From positions 1 to 64,000 of the forward strand of contig JAQGDQ010001007.1 of assembly GCA_030141605.1 (NCBI GenBank): a stretch of 64,000 bases of DNA, in the 5' to 3' direction. The translations under genes and the position numbers were made by a program. Source of the stretch: Tubiluchus corallicola. Lineage: Eukaryota; Animalia; Priapulida. This document shows positions 44,747 through 57,900 of this stretch, one piece after another; the stretch's first letter is position 1, and every line of letters begins with the position of its first letter. The notes beneath the pieces were generated by a model. The model had not been told where the DNA came from and did not search any database. It saw nothing but the letters and a program-made list of their open reading frames with translations.

Positions 44747-46662
44747 ATAGTAGTAGTAGTAGTAGTGGCACGATGTGTGCTCAAGTATGAAGTTCATCTA
44801 CAGACTTCGCAATGAATAGAAGTACATATAAATAAATTGTAAATTACCGTCAGAATCATCTGTCCTTGATTTCACACAAGACGAACACGATGATTTTATC
44901 CAGTCTTCATCTGCTTGAAATTCGTCGTTACATCCATCTTTTGATAGTGGAGGAATACCATACGTGCATTGGTAGCAGTCAATACCATAACCTTTAAGTA
45001 TGAATATGAATATGAAGTTTGCAGTTTCACGACATCCATGCATCACATAATGGGTAAAGACGATAACTAAAAGGTCATACATGCATTTGAATATCATTTC
45101 ATTTAACTTGCACATTAGTCTCAGAAGTGTGATTAAACTAATTTAAGTTACATATAGTCGAAAAATGCAAAAAATAAGTATAGTAGGGTGTCTTCAAAAA
45201 TATTATATAAAAATTAATAGGAGATCAGTGCATATCTGATTTGTCAGACAGCTGAACTGAAGAAAGTGAAATAATTGGAAATTTTAGGAGTATATGATAG
45301 TGCTGCTCAACTTTGGCATTTTTATATACAAAAGATTATTTCGTGTGATGTAGTTTTCATGATAATTTAATTGCATAAAAGTTTCGTTTTGTTCAGACAA
45401 CGATTTTGTTACAGTTTTTTTTTTATTTATACAACGATTTTATTAAAGTCTTATTCAAGGATCTCCTACAAGGATGTTATTTAATAAATAAAACTTGAAC
45501 TTGAAACTTTGATATTTGTAAAAATTTGTGTTAAATTTAAAAGAGTACAAGACCTGTTACAAGGGATGTTCCTATACTGTAAACAGTTTTTCGCGGCGCA
45601 GAAATAATAAACGGTGGAAACGAAACATGACAGCCAAAGGACCAAAGGGATTTCTCCAAGCTCCCAGACCAGTCCATAATATGCAAGTTAATAAGATTTA
45701 TAATAAATAAACTGAGCAACAAGGCGAACTATTCAATTACACTTACAGGTCATGTTTCTGCGCACAATTGACATTGAAAGCACCAGATGAAAAGAAGAAA
45801 CTAAAGTGGCATTTACATAGCATCTGAAATGCGTATGCGGATTCGTTTTCCACTTGCGGAATAACCTGCCGAAAAAATTAAGAAGAACAGCTGCAGAAAA
45901 AGAATAACGCACACGCAGGCTACATAAACGGGTGCATTGAAAAAATATAAACCGATTTGACTATTCCGCACTCTCCAAAACGCGTCCGCATCCGGATGCC
46001 ACGTAAAGGCCATTTAAGACCCATTTCACAATGAGGACACAAAGAAAATAACGTACCGAATTGGTGTCAGAAAAAGAAATATTTTTTTAAAAAAAAGTCA
46101 ATTTTTTTCGCGACAGCCCAGTTAGCTCAAGCTATATCGCAAGTTGTAAGCTCATAGCTGTTGCCTGCCAGACATTGAGCTAGACGAAGTAATGTTTTTA
46201 CTGAGCGCTTATTATTATTACGACAGCATAATTACCGTCATTATTGGGCCGTTATTGAGAACTTTAACTTCTCATGAGTGTTTTCTCCAAGTCACACTTC
46301 ATGATTTCAGTGAAAATCTTAAAGAATTATATTTGCTTTTTATTTAAACTCATATAAAAATTTAGTGCTATAACTGTAAATAAAGTGTGAATAACATGAA
46401 CATGAAACGTTTAGTAATTTTAGAAGCGTCTCATTTTTTCAATATTCATCTTTCGGCGGTCATAAACAGTATTTACAATAATTAAATATTACAATTATGC
46501 ACATAAATAGGCCTACTGTGTTATAATAATAGAAATTTGGAACAAAATTATATTGTTTGGAAAGAAATTATACTCCATTTTCAAAGTTTTCCACTACATA
46601 ACGAGTTTTAGAATTACAATTACAATTTCCAACAAGAGCATATATATATATACTTATACGCT

Positions 46663-46759
<97 letters not shown>

Positions 46760-47258
46760 ATATCAATATATTCGGAAATCTGGTAAGCTACATTTAGAGA
46801 AAGCATTAGAATTACAGTATGCATTAGAAACCTTATACTATTAGTTAAAACATCTGGCAAGCTCAATTTTGTAAATTACGTTTTGTAAAAAAAAACTCGG
46901 CAGTGAATTTTGGCACTAAATTTGCTATTTCAAAATCACTACCTTTTAGCAGCAAAATAAGTTTTTGGTCCATACGTAGGCCTAGATTAATAAGACTGGG
47001 AAAATTTTTACAATAGCACCGAATAATGTGCCTGACCTATCAATAATCTTAATAAATAGATACAGCTAATTGGTCGCATAAAATCAGAAAACAAAAACAG
47101 TAAAAATAATGTTATTTACGTTGTATGTACGCTGTGCATTCAGCATAGTGAATTTTTAGAAGTATTTAAAAACGGTATTTATAAAAAAGCTTTGTAAGTG
47201 TAACTAAGCACGCATACTAACGTTTTTAAGGCAAAAGTCTATCTAAGAAAAGGTATTA

Positions 47259-47297
<39 letters not shown>

Positions 47298-48026
47298 AAG
47301 TACGTTTAATAATGTTAGCTAATGTAACTTGTTTTTTACCACGTCAAAATTTAAGAATATGCCAATACAAATAAATCTATGTGTACGCTAGTTTTCTTTT
47401 TCACGAATACAGCCATCACTGTTGCAATAATAAAACAAAAAAAAATCATCTGTTTAACAAGAGAGAGAGATTAAAAACTTATAATTTCATGCTGAACTAT
47501 GTTGATTGTCGTTTGTTGTTCGTTAAACCAAAACGAAGTAATTGAGCAGTTAAATTTTAATGTGAATTCCGCTAAGAATCCTCGGGAAATAGGAGTATTT
47601 CTATGAAGCGGAAATTTTCCTGTTGAGGAGGACGAAATGCGCCATAGAAAGCAAGATGTTCCATTTTCGGGAGGAATGCCGCAAGGATTTTTGTTCTCGA
47701 AGAACTTTGCCGCGCGTCCTTACTGTGAAATGGGCCATAGAAAGCAATGTGTCCCATTTTCGTGAGAAATGCTGCAAAGAACTTTTCCTCGGGGAATTTT
47801 GCCGCACGTCATCACTCTGGGCCTAAGCGCTTCTGGGTCTCTCATTGCCTGACAATCTCTGTATACGATTAATAATAAAGACAATATAATTATTTGCTCT
47901 TCTGCAAGTTCCGCTCAAAACAAAAATTATTTCAGTGTTAAAGAACATTATACTAAAGTAATAATTGTGTATTTACTTACTCAGTTTCACCATTGAGAGA
48001 ACAAACAGAACAAATACAACCTTCAT
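44354..48026 (-). CDS. Ly6/uPAR three-finger protein, quiver/sleepless-like, GPI-type; exons 48026-47981, 44991-44848, 44559-44354 (131 aa)
   Basis: Spliced: MKVVFVLFVLSMVKLSYG-IDCYQC..GCND..CSSCVK..VRSC..GC..CVCNSDLCN + hydrophobic tail; 10 Cys, CN motif, phase-1 GT-AG introns, 396 nt in frame. Confidence 0.9.
44615..44768. repeat. (GCA)n-(GTA)n microsatellite in Ly6 intron
   Basis: Direct observation. Confidence 0.95.
46666..46758. repeat. (GA)n microsatellite
   Basis: Direct observation. Confidence 0.95.
47263..47294. repeat. (TA)n microsatellite
   Basis: Direct observation. Confidence 0.9.
47635..47810. repeat. Two ~93-bp imperfect tandem units
   Basis: GCCATAGAAAGCAA..CCATTTTCG..TTTGCCGC.CGTC at 47641 and 47734; partial third copy at ~48366. 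Confidence 0.75.
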
Positions 48027-48106
48027 TTTCGCAATTATAATGTAGTTCATAAAAGCATAAATGTCGCCAAACCGTGCAAGTTGTTGTAGTACCGCACTCG
48101 CTACCA

Positions 48107-48114
48107 TTTATATA
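48107..48114 (-). promoter_or_regulatory. TATA box of Ly6-like gene
   Basis: TATATAAA on the - strand ~80 nt upstream of the ATG at 48026. Confidence 0.5.
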
Positions 48115-49502
48115 CAAAAACCTAACCCGAAGTTCAAATAAGTGAAATGTCATTTATTACATCATCATGTTCGTTAATTTGGGCCCACTTACTGATGAAC
48201 TTTGAAATAGACAGCTGCTTATGAGTCACTTCAACTCATAAAGCGTCAGGTATAACTGGGCGATATATGCTTAAAATTTAATTATAGCGTTTTAATTTTT
48301 AAATTGCACCCTTTTCAAAACCATCTGTTTGCGTTGATGAGAGTAGTCATGAGATTCGAACCCGGGCCATATAAAGCAATGTGTCCCATTTTCGTGAATT
48401 CCAGCAAACTAGAATAGAAGAAAATCCTGAAAATCCTGCTACAGAGATTTATTGTATTGTTACGGAGGCACCTGTGTTGGGTCAGGTGTAGGGCCCTCTA
48501 CACGCCCTGCTTCCATGTTGGCAGCTACTCACCCCTTTCTTGCAGGTCCAGACGTCTTGTTTGGGCCTACACGTGGTTTGAGAAGCCAGCTGACCTGGAA
48601 TGCCAGTACAAAAGCGTGTAGAGGTCACTACAGCCTTGATTTCTGACACAGGTGCTCCTCGGGTGTAGTGCTGTTACTGAGTTAGTTTGTTATTTGTTTT
48701 TTGTGCACGTGTATTTTGTTCCCTATTTTTATTAGTGCTGATAATAAACTCCATACAGTGTAGTTTTTGTTTTTTTATTTTATGAGAGTTAAGAACGCGT
48801 CCGCGAGAAGACCATGCAGAATCGAAAAATTCCGGCACAAGGTTAGGTAAACCGATTCAAACCAAAGTTCGGGTATGAGGTCCACTAGTCACTAGTATTC
48901 ACTATGTGAATCCGCTTGGCCCAACTCCTCATAGTAGCAGGGGTACGACATAGGCCGATTTTCATGAAAAAATGCCTATTTTTCTTTATTTTTTACTCAC
49001 ATTTGAAGGATTAGTCATGCAGCAACTACTGAGTTTGAATAGATCTGACTCTGCACAGTATTGGATCTTGTTATCCTCTCCAAAATGACTTTTTAACTTT
49101 TGTCCCAAACCCCCCTCTTTCGGCTCTACTGGGGGTCTTTAAGCTCGCATTACGCACAAGATGCAAATACTCAGTCATTTCAAAGTCTTATATCTCACCC
49201 ACTGCGGGGGCGGGGACAAAAATATCGATATGTATGTGAATAGAGCATCCCATCCCACTATGCTGCAGTGACAATTTCGATGGAGCGAATTTCCACCCTA
49301 TTGCAAAAGACCCCTGAAAGAGGCATGTGTCAGGATGAAAACATAGGTAACAACGTTCATCAAAAAGCTTCGTGTATGTAAACATGAGTTGTCAAATCTT
49401 GTCAGAATACTTCAAAACATCATAAATATTCATCTTTGGCTACTAGGGGCCTAGCCAGCACATTGGTTAAACTACCGACAGGATTGGACTCCAGCATTCA
49501 AG

Positions 49503-49710
49503 ATGGCGGCCACTGCTGAACTAAAATGTTCGTTTTCTGGGCTGTTTACCAGCGGTAAATGCGGTATTGTGACTAGTTATCCGCACGAAACGAATATTGT
49601 GAATCTATTAGCCTGTACTAAAGACACTGGACCGCATTTAAAGCGCTTCCATCTTCAAAAAAATGAAATATCTACGGAATGGAAATTGCTTCTTGCAAGG
49701 ACTGGAAAAT
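49503..49710 (+). pseudogene. Orphan N-terminal coding fragment, possibly DNA-transposon-derived
   Basis: Good Kozak (AAGATGGCG); CSF..GKCG..C.KD..HL..EWKLLLARTG resembles, from memory, N-termini of uncharacterised repeat-borne marine invertebrate proteins; no continuation found. Confidence 0.3.
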
Positions 49711-49787
49711 GTTTTATGTACTGTTTATTTCCTATGCTTTGTAAATGTTATGTACAGGTTATTACCTAGTAATTACTCATTGTCTTA

Positions 49788-50059
49788 CATAGGCGTGCAA
49801 GATAGGACACAAAGAAAATGGCCCTAAATTTGAGCGAATGCCCAAAAAATATGGGACAGACTTGATATCATTTGTCCGGTGATTTTTTGACTGTAAAACA
49901 TCGAAAAATTTTGTGCCATTGGCGCAATCATTCAATCACACAATTAATATTTTTTTGTCAGAAGTATCGATTTTGTGCCACAAATAAATTTTAGGCGAAG
50001 AAAAATTTTCTGAGCTAAATATCACCGCCGTCCCCCTAGAAGCGGCCCATACGCTTATA
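49788..50059. mobile_element. hAT-like MITE
   Basis: Termini CATAGGCGT...ACGCTTATA with 8-bp flanks TTGTCTTA / TTGTCTCA. Confidence 0.65.
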
Positions 50060-53000
50060 TTGTCTCATGTTTAGACTGTAAGATTTTTACTTTATCACTT
50101 TCCCCATGATATATTTGTCTATATTTCTGTGTCTATCTTCTAGTGATAATCTACCTGCATCGATAATCCTTTCTCTATTATTTAGATATTATGGTTTTGA
50201 TTACTTGTACTACTCTTCAGTGATAGGATTATGCTGCTACAATAGGAACAGTATTTTGGACTTAGAGAAATTAATTCTGACTGAGTTTTGTAGTTTTTCA
50301 TTTTTGTACTGATATTCATAATCTTCTATGAAACTTATTCATATAAAAAGTATAAAAAATGAACGGATGTATAAAAATGCACGGATTTCTATTTTATATG
50401 TATATACCAAGTGTTGTCAGATTCTTTCGCTAGCAATGACTCTGTTAATAAGAGATAATAAGTCGTGTGTAGTTAAACAAATTTTAGGTAGAGAATACTT
50501 ATCAACATCATTAAGGTTCTAATTTATTAACGTCAGTTGTTAAGCAATTTTTTCGGAATTTATAATAGCTTTTTGATTATGATGTGGTTATAACTATTAT
50601 AATAAATCTTGTGAAGCCACTATATAAAAAGTAAAGCTTAGACTAAGCAAGTTGTCCTCTTTACTATGTCGCTTAAAAAAATTATACAAAATCTTGTAAA
50701 GTTTGTATAGAAACTTGTTAGAAAGCACCATACATAATTTTTCTGAAACACCAATTCAAGAATTCCGCGAGTCTCTACTTGTCAACCCGTTCGCAACGAC
50801 ATTTGCGAATCCACATAAATTTAGTCACTTCTAATTTTGTTTTGTTGTTTGCCTCCACACAATGGAAATGCAAGGTTCTGGTAACAGTTTGAGAAGGAAC
50901 ACAACACTTTCGGCTATCGCAACCACGGCAGTAATGGAGATGGTGCGTTTTCAAACTCGTACAGTTGCCGTATATTATTTGCTCTGGCCCCGATGAGAAC
51001 CAAGCTTTATGGCTTTTGTGGAAGCTTCTGGTAGAGTCCTAGAAATAGAAATTTATTCTTTAATGTTATTGTGAGGAGTGATGTAGTGAGTAGTGACTAG
51101 TGAGTAGTAGTTAACATGTTAGTAATAAAGTTTGTAGGATATAAAAATAATTAAAATCACAATACTAAGTTCCCGTACAGTCTATTATTTTGAATTAATG
51201 TTCGACGAGTATGCTAATCAAGCTAAATAATTTAACTGAGCAGTAGTGATGACAGTTGTTTGATTTTCGTCGATGGCCTCATACAGATGATCAATCGGCA
51301 TAGTTGACAATAAGGCTCTTTGGTCGCTGTAAGGAGAGTTATCGCAACGAAAACGACTCTACATAATCACTCTGTAGGAATTCTTCATTCTGGAGGCAAT
51401 TATATTATTTGGCATTCTGCCTTTACCCCTTCAATGAGTTACTTATCGTTTTTATCTCTAATAGGCTTCGTTTGAAGTCTATAAATGTGCTGGGCATCAG
51501 CGTTAAGTTGTGTTGACATAGTGGCATTGTAACTCCCAGAGAATATCTTGAAGTCCTAGTACATAGGTGTGATCCACGTTTGTATTATGTAATATCGTGA
51601 ACGTTTATGTATAATGTATAATCTAGCTGTTCAATCTCTTGTTCTAGATTTTCTTCAGAATAACTCTAGAATAAGTGTAGTGTAGAAAGAGGCAATACTA
51701 ATAATTTCACGTTTGTTTGGGTCTGAAAAACAAAGGTTGCGTTTTGAATTTGGGGCATAATTTAAGCACCCGTCTAGCTCTCCCGCCCTTGCAATGAAAC
51801 ACTTCTAACAAAAAATAAAGAACAACTCTTTTTCGACTATAGGGTTCGAATTATCCAGTTTGAGACTGAAATACGGATTAATGACAGCATCGAGAATTGA
51901 ACGAACAGAACTAAACAGCTTAAGGAAACTAATATGTGTGTCAGCTCAACTACTCAACATAATGGCATAAACTGGGGTTACTGGGAAATATGAAATTTGA
52001 GTTTTTGAGTTTAGAATGTGATAAGAAAGACATCACCAGGACCGCTTGCGCCGTACCTGTACAAATTAGAGATTAACAAGCATTTCAACTGTATAAGGGC
52101 CCCCCACCACAATATACAATTTATATGTTTGTCAGTCTTTAATTAGCCTGAATGCTTCAAGTTGTTTAAGCAAGCCCTCGGTTTTCCATTGAAATTTGAC
52201 AAGTATATCTGCGTCCTTTTTTCTGTGTCATTTTGCCTGTTTTATTTTTACTGTGCAGCTCACTGACAGCAACATTGTTTCTAGGCGGCACTATATATGG
52301 CTAAACTATGACTTATGATCTAGTTGTTCAGTATTTTTACTCCCAAATAACACTGCGACTAACTGTTTTGATTCAAGGTCACCTATACTGTTACTTATAC
52401 TTGTTACTAATATATATCCTTACCCCAAGTTTTAAGATTTTCAACATCGTTGCAGCACAGGAATTCAAAAAGCTTATGTACTCAACTTTAATTCAGCATT
52501 CGATAAAGAGTTCCCTTGTTGAATGATCATTGATAACAGGCTAACAGTAACAGCAATATCAAAATAACAAACACTCATCACAGTAGTTAACACTCTCTTA
52601 TACGTTGCATAACTCTTTGTGTCGGCTTATAATTGCCCTTTTACATAATTACAGCGCGTCAGGCTTATGCTAGCCGTAATTACTCTGAAACTAATTGCTT
52701 TTTAACGAGCGCCATAAAGCAGTGAAAATTTTCTTGACAAGTTTACGACATTTTCAACAGCGCTGATCCAAAGAAAAACAATACCGCTAAAATTGCTAAA
52801 TAAGAAATAAGCAGAATAAACGTTGATCAAAACGAATTCCAATTGTATGTTCATTCCCTTCTTCCTTACATTGTTCATTTGCTGTGTTAGTTGTTCAATC
52901 ACTTAGTTTAGGGGCAATTAAGCGTAAGCTGCTCAGCCTCATTTGATATTTACAGTCACATAGTTTGTTAATGAATTCGTTTTATATAAATAAACAATGG

Positions 53001-53484
53001 CAATAATGATAACCACCACCACCACCACGACTATGAACACGACGATGATGGTTATGATGACAGTAACCGTGATGATAATAATCTTATTGTGATGCTGTTA
53101 CTACAACAAATGTAATTAGGAAAATCAGAATGATTACAACGATGATGCTTATGATGATGTTATTACCTTTTTATAAAGGCTATGAATGTCAGAATTGGCT
53201 TCGCACGGTCGAACTTTACACAGCCTCACAAATGACGTCATTCGGCAATCAGGATTTTGATTACTGACACGAACAGACAATCCGATACCGCAAGTGGTGG
53301 AACAAGGCGTCCAGTCGCGAACATAAACTGCACACGTTTCATTCTTTTCTGCAAAATAAACAGATCATGAGTTGCCATTTTGTAATAACTCGCAATAAAC
53401 AATCTAACAACGAGAAATGCGACCTGATTCGTTAACATCTATAACATGTCACGGTTTGTTAACACAGATGACAGAATGAAAGTT

Positions 53485-53551
53485 ATAGATAGAAAGACAG
53501 ATAGATAAACAGGCAGACAAACAGACAGACTGACAAACAGATAGATAGATA
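53485..53551. repeat. (GATA/GACA)n tetranucleotide repeat
   Basis: Direct observation. Confidence 0.85.
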
Positions 53552-54379
53552 TTTATTCTGATGTAAGACCAACAGAGCCGATTATAGCAAAATTGCCAAA
53601 GTTATTGATTTCCAGACATTAATTTCAGTTAACAATTTTGAATAGTAATTACATTACCATCAAAATAACGCAGCTACCATCGTGCGACAATGTTATTATA
53701 ACAAGAAACATGCTTGGGTCTGGATGAATGTTAAATATCCCCACACTCTCCTAAAACCCTTTATACTTACATTACAACCAATGTACAAAATTCAGACATT
53801 TTATAAAGTTCCTAGGCATTTCATATAACACCTCTGAATTTCGAGAAAGTGTGTAACCGGCAATTTTTTACTGTGGCACTTTCACACGTTATCTAGACGT
53901 TTTGTATAATAGCTACGATCTATACAGAATGCGTAAAGTGAAATTGCCAAAGTTTACAATGAACATAATTCGTGTTGAAAATAACTTTTGCTAGATATTT
54001 TATACATTGTAGACTGAGCGAATAAAACCAATTTTTTGAGCCTTCGGCTCCCTGACTACTAATATGGTTTTAGTATGACCCTATAAATTATGCTACTCAT
54101 GCTGGGATTAATAAATGATGGGTGTTTCTGATATGACGTGGATCTTTGTTAATTTAATTTAAGTTAATTTAAACTTTGTAACGCGAAACTATTGTGCGTT
54201 ATTGTCTACTGCGCGCCTGATTATGATACCCGGTACATAATGCAACAGTTCAGCAGCCGTCGCAAAAGCCACCTAGGGGTGGACGAACGCCGGTTTTGTT
54301 AACAGTTAATCGTTTAGTGGCCGATTTCTACATGGCCGGTTATATGAAATCCATAATATGAATATGCTCTGCAAATGCA

Positions 54380-54900
54380 CTCCAAAAAAGTATGAAGCAC
54401 CAAATTGGTACAGTTCATGAGGCTTTTGGGAAACTTACGAAGCGAGTTTTAACAACAAATATCTAAACCCAAAAATGAAACTCATGATCAAGCTGTTGTC
54501 ATCTCAACCTTCTTCTGGGCGGCGAAACTAACGAAACTTGGACTCTCTATAATTGCGACATCAAAAAGTTCCAACCTTTCCGTCACCAAAAACTTCGCTT
54601 TATCCTGAACATCAAAATGACTTTTTGACTGGTATGTCACCAACATCATCTTCTTCGAGTAAGCAGACAGCTATGTTAGTGAAATCATTAGCTGTATTGA
54701 TCCGACCCAAAGATGGTCTACATCTCTGCACTAAACGTGTTTTGATATTTCTTTCCAAATCCCCCAAATCAGCAGGATTTAAATCAAGCATAACGACTTG
54801 GGTGCGCAATGTAAAAACAAAGGGTTTTCTAAATGTGTTTTGTAACGAAAGAGTTTGTTCTCGTAGGACTTAGTACGTAGTGACTGTCAATCAAAAAGGG
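54380..54900 (+). mobile_element. Decayed RTE-type LINE, 3' ORF fragment
   Basis: Frameshifted pieces AFGKLTKRV, QAVVIST, WTLY, KLRFILNIK match the post-RT region of RTE-clade elements. Confidence 0.6.
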
Positions 54901-57900
54901 TTTAAACCTTTTAACGAAAAAAGGTTTATTGCGGTATACATGGGTGCTAGATTTCTCGACTTATTACAGATCCTCTCCTCCTAGAAGAATTGATTAACTT
55001 AATTAACAGTGCCTGTTAATTAACACGCACTGTTTGCTCGCTTACGCTAGTCGATTTATCGCGAATTTATCGATATTTTATTAGTGTAATGCATTTTATT
55101 ACATTCATTAGGTGTTGTTTATACACATCATTGTCAAAAAAAATTGGAGCTGTGAATTCGTGTCGCAAAAGGTCTTTCATTTTGCGAACGTAATGACTAG
55201 CGAACTCCGTACAGGATGTTCCTCTGTAACTGTTGTGATAAAACCCAGCTTTTTTTCTAAAATAATAATCAATTTAACCTTCGCTGCACTAAGCTGTTGC
55301 TGATTTACTGTACATTATATGTTCACAAAAGGGAAATAAGATTTGGATCCATTTTGACGGTTCAACTTAATTCGCCAGAAATTTGCAGCGCTTAACATAG
55401 TAAGCGAGTTCAATTACGGGGTTGCAAAGACTCTTTACCGACAGAAGAAATGATGCGCATTACAGTTACTACAGTAAATGTCGTGAAACGTACCAACGCA
55501 CTGTTCTTACTGGAGTTGACAAATTCAATATTTACGGAGAAGACGTGTTTATAACCCTTATAAATATAACATGCAAAAAAAGGAAAAAGCAAACGAAGAA
55601 CATAGAGGAAATACAAAGAGAAAAAGAGACTGAGAGATAAACCCAGATCCAAGTAATACTTTCTGGTCATAACTTTCAATTGTTTTCTTGTTTGCAAGTA
55701 AATAAGAACAACGTACAGTCATATACAGTCAATTTATAAAACTAAATTGTTTCACATTATTCTCATTTGCTAGTCTAAAATTTGCAATAATTGAAGTGAT
55801 CGGAAAAATTGTTTTTGTTTTCATTCAATAAAGAACTGAAACAGTAATATTTAACTAAATAATTATAAATGTGCCTAAATAATAGGCCCATATATTACAT
55901 ATTATAACCCTACAGGCTAAGAAATCTGCGTTTTCGTCCGGAAGAAAGCTGTCAACTTGTCCGTGAGTTAGCTTTGCTTTCTATGTGGATGCGGAAGCAC
56001 ATAATATAACATGCTTTTAACTACATAATTACACGCAAATCGTCTTGATATTTTCTGACAAAAACGAAGAGAAGACTGTGACGTTGGATGACTGCCAAAT
56101 GAGTGAAAAGTTCACTCATTTGGCAAACAAGCAAAACAACGACAAAATATACAACATAAAACAACGACAAAAGAAGGAAAAGAAGAAGCAGAAGAAAGAG
56201 AAGAAGACGACGACGACGATGATGATGAAAGTGACGACAATCAAGTTTAAATGATAGCGGGAGGATTACGCTAATAATTATCACGATTATTGTGATGATG
56301 AAAATGACAATGATAAAGAAATAAAAAAGACAAGAAAAATGAGCAAGAACAAGAACAAAGCTTTGTCATTTCAATCAACCTGCTTCTCATTTCTGTCATT
56401 CGTTCATAACGTTTACTTACAGCTGATTCGGCATTTCAACCAAAAACTCAAAGATATTATTTCCTCAAAGAAAGAGTGAACTGTCACTCTTATACGACCT
56501 CTTTTCTTCCCGATCAATTATCGTCTCTTTTCATCGACTCTATTATTAGCACTTCGTTCACTCGGCTAAGACTGAGAAACTATCACCGTTCTTTTATCGC
56601 AGAAATGAGAGTGGTTAAGAAAGAAGTGACTGGCATGCCAATTGATTTGGTAATTAAAAGCATTTACAGCAAGATTTGCAATGAAAGCCTCAAACAGTAA
56701 ACGGAAAAATGATGGTTTCTTGGGTTACTCGCTTGCTCAGTAAAGAGATCTCTATAAAGAGATCTATTTCGCCGTGATGTTGGCCTTGTTCTCGTTGTTG
56801 TTGACGTAATAAGTTTTTAACCGATTTTTATACTGTGACGTCACAATAGCCCTCCATATTCTAAATTTTTGGGGATAATGGATTCCGTGCAGGGGTAAAT
56901 GGAGTTCTATTGAAGGAAGGTAAATGGGTAAATTGAAGGAAGACAGGATGATTTTTCATATGCTATCCCATTTTCAAGTACGGTAAAAAAAGCATACATT
57001 TTAACACAATTAATACTGAAAAAGCGGTTTTGATAGTTAAATAATAGATTAAAATCTCGGTTAGCGGCGGGCGAGCCCAACTATTGATGACATCACAAAC
57101 GAATATAATTTTTAACAGCAAAAATATTCCTCGAGCGTGTTGCACGTGTTTGTGAAATTGAAGTACGGTGCAACTATAACATATTCATGGTGTTGTAATA
57201 AAACTGAGAGGTACAGACTGTTTTTTGTGCAACGCGTTTTCGAGACGCAGGCGCTAGTGCTCGTCTAACTAGAGACTGGCGAAATGCATGTAACTAGTTT
57301 CGCGAACACGAAATTGCGTTTCTGCGGCAATAATTCTTGAAAATTCTGGAAAAACAGTATGTCTCCTTTTAACATTTTAAAGAGTAGGTTATTTTGACTT
57401 ACACTTTAAGATTGGGTCCAGTTTTGCTTTAAAAGAATTGACGGAAGCCGTGTGAGTAATATCCATGTTTACAAATGTAATTTTGTACATCTTATATGTA
57501 AACAAAATGTACATGCGTGAGTACGTACGTGTACGCATGCGTCTGTGCGAGTAACCCAGTGCTTCGTAATCCTTTTATTTCTGCTTGATTCCTACTGGTA
57601 GAACTGAATTACAAACGTTTTAATTTTTATAATTTCTAGTTTGTTGCAGATAATCTAATTATATCTCTTTTGTTCTGGCATGATCTTACGCTGCCATCAA
57701 GGACGGCCAGTAATAGGATTAAGCGCAGATATTAAATATATGCTAATTTTTCAAATATTATCTATTTAATTAATTTTTCATAAAATTAATATTGCTGAAT
57801 TAATTACATACAAGTTAGAAAAACACTGTTATAAATTACCTAATGTTAGTAACTGAATCGCTATGTTAAGCAAGAACCGCAAATATGTAAGCACATCCGC

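Noticed and set aside
45747-45823. Exon-like 77-nt segment (cag..gtaagt, - strand) in Ly6 intron 1
   Set aside because: Inclusion after exon 1 gives an immediate stop and frameshift; no evidence beyond splice-like motifs
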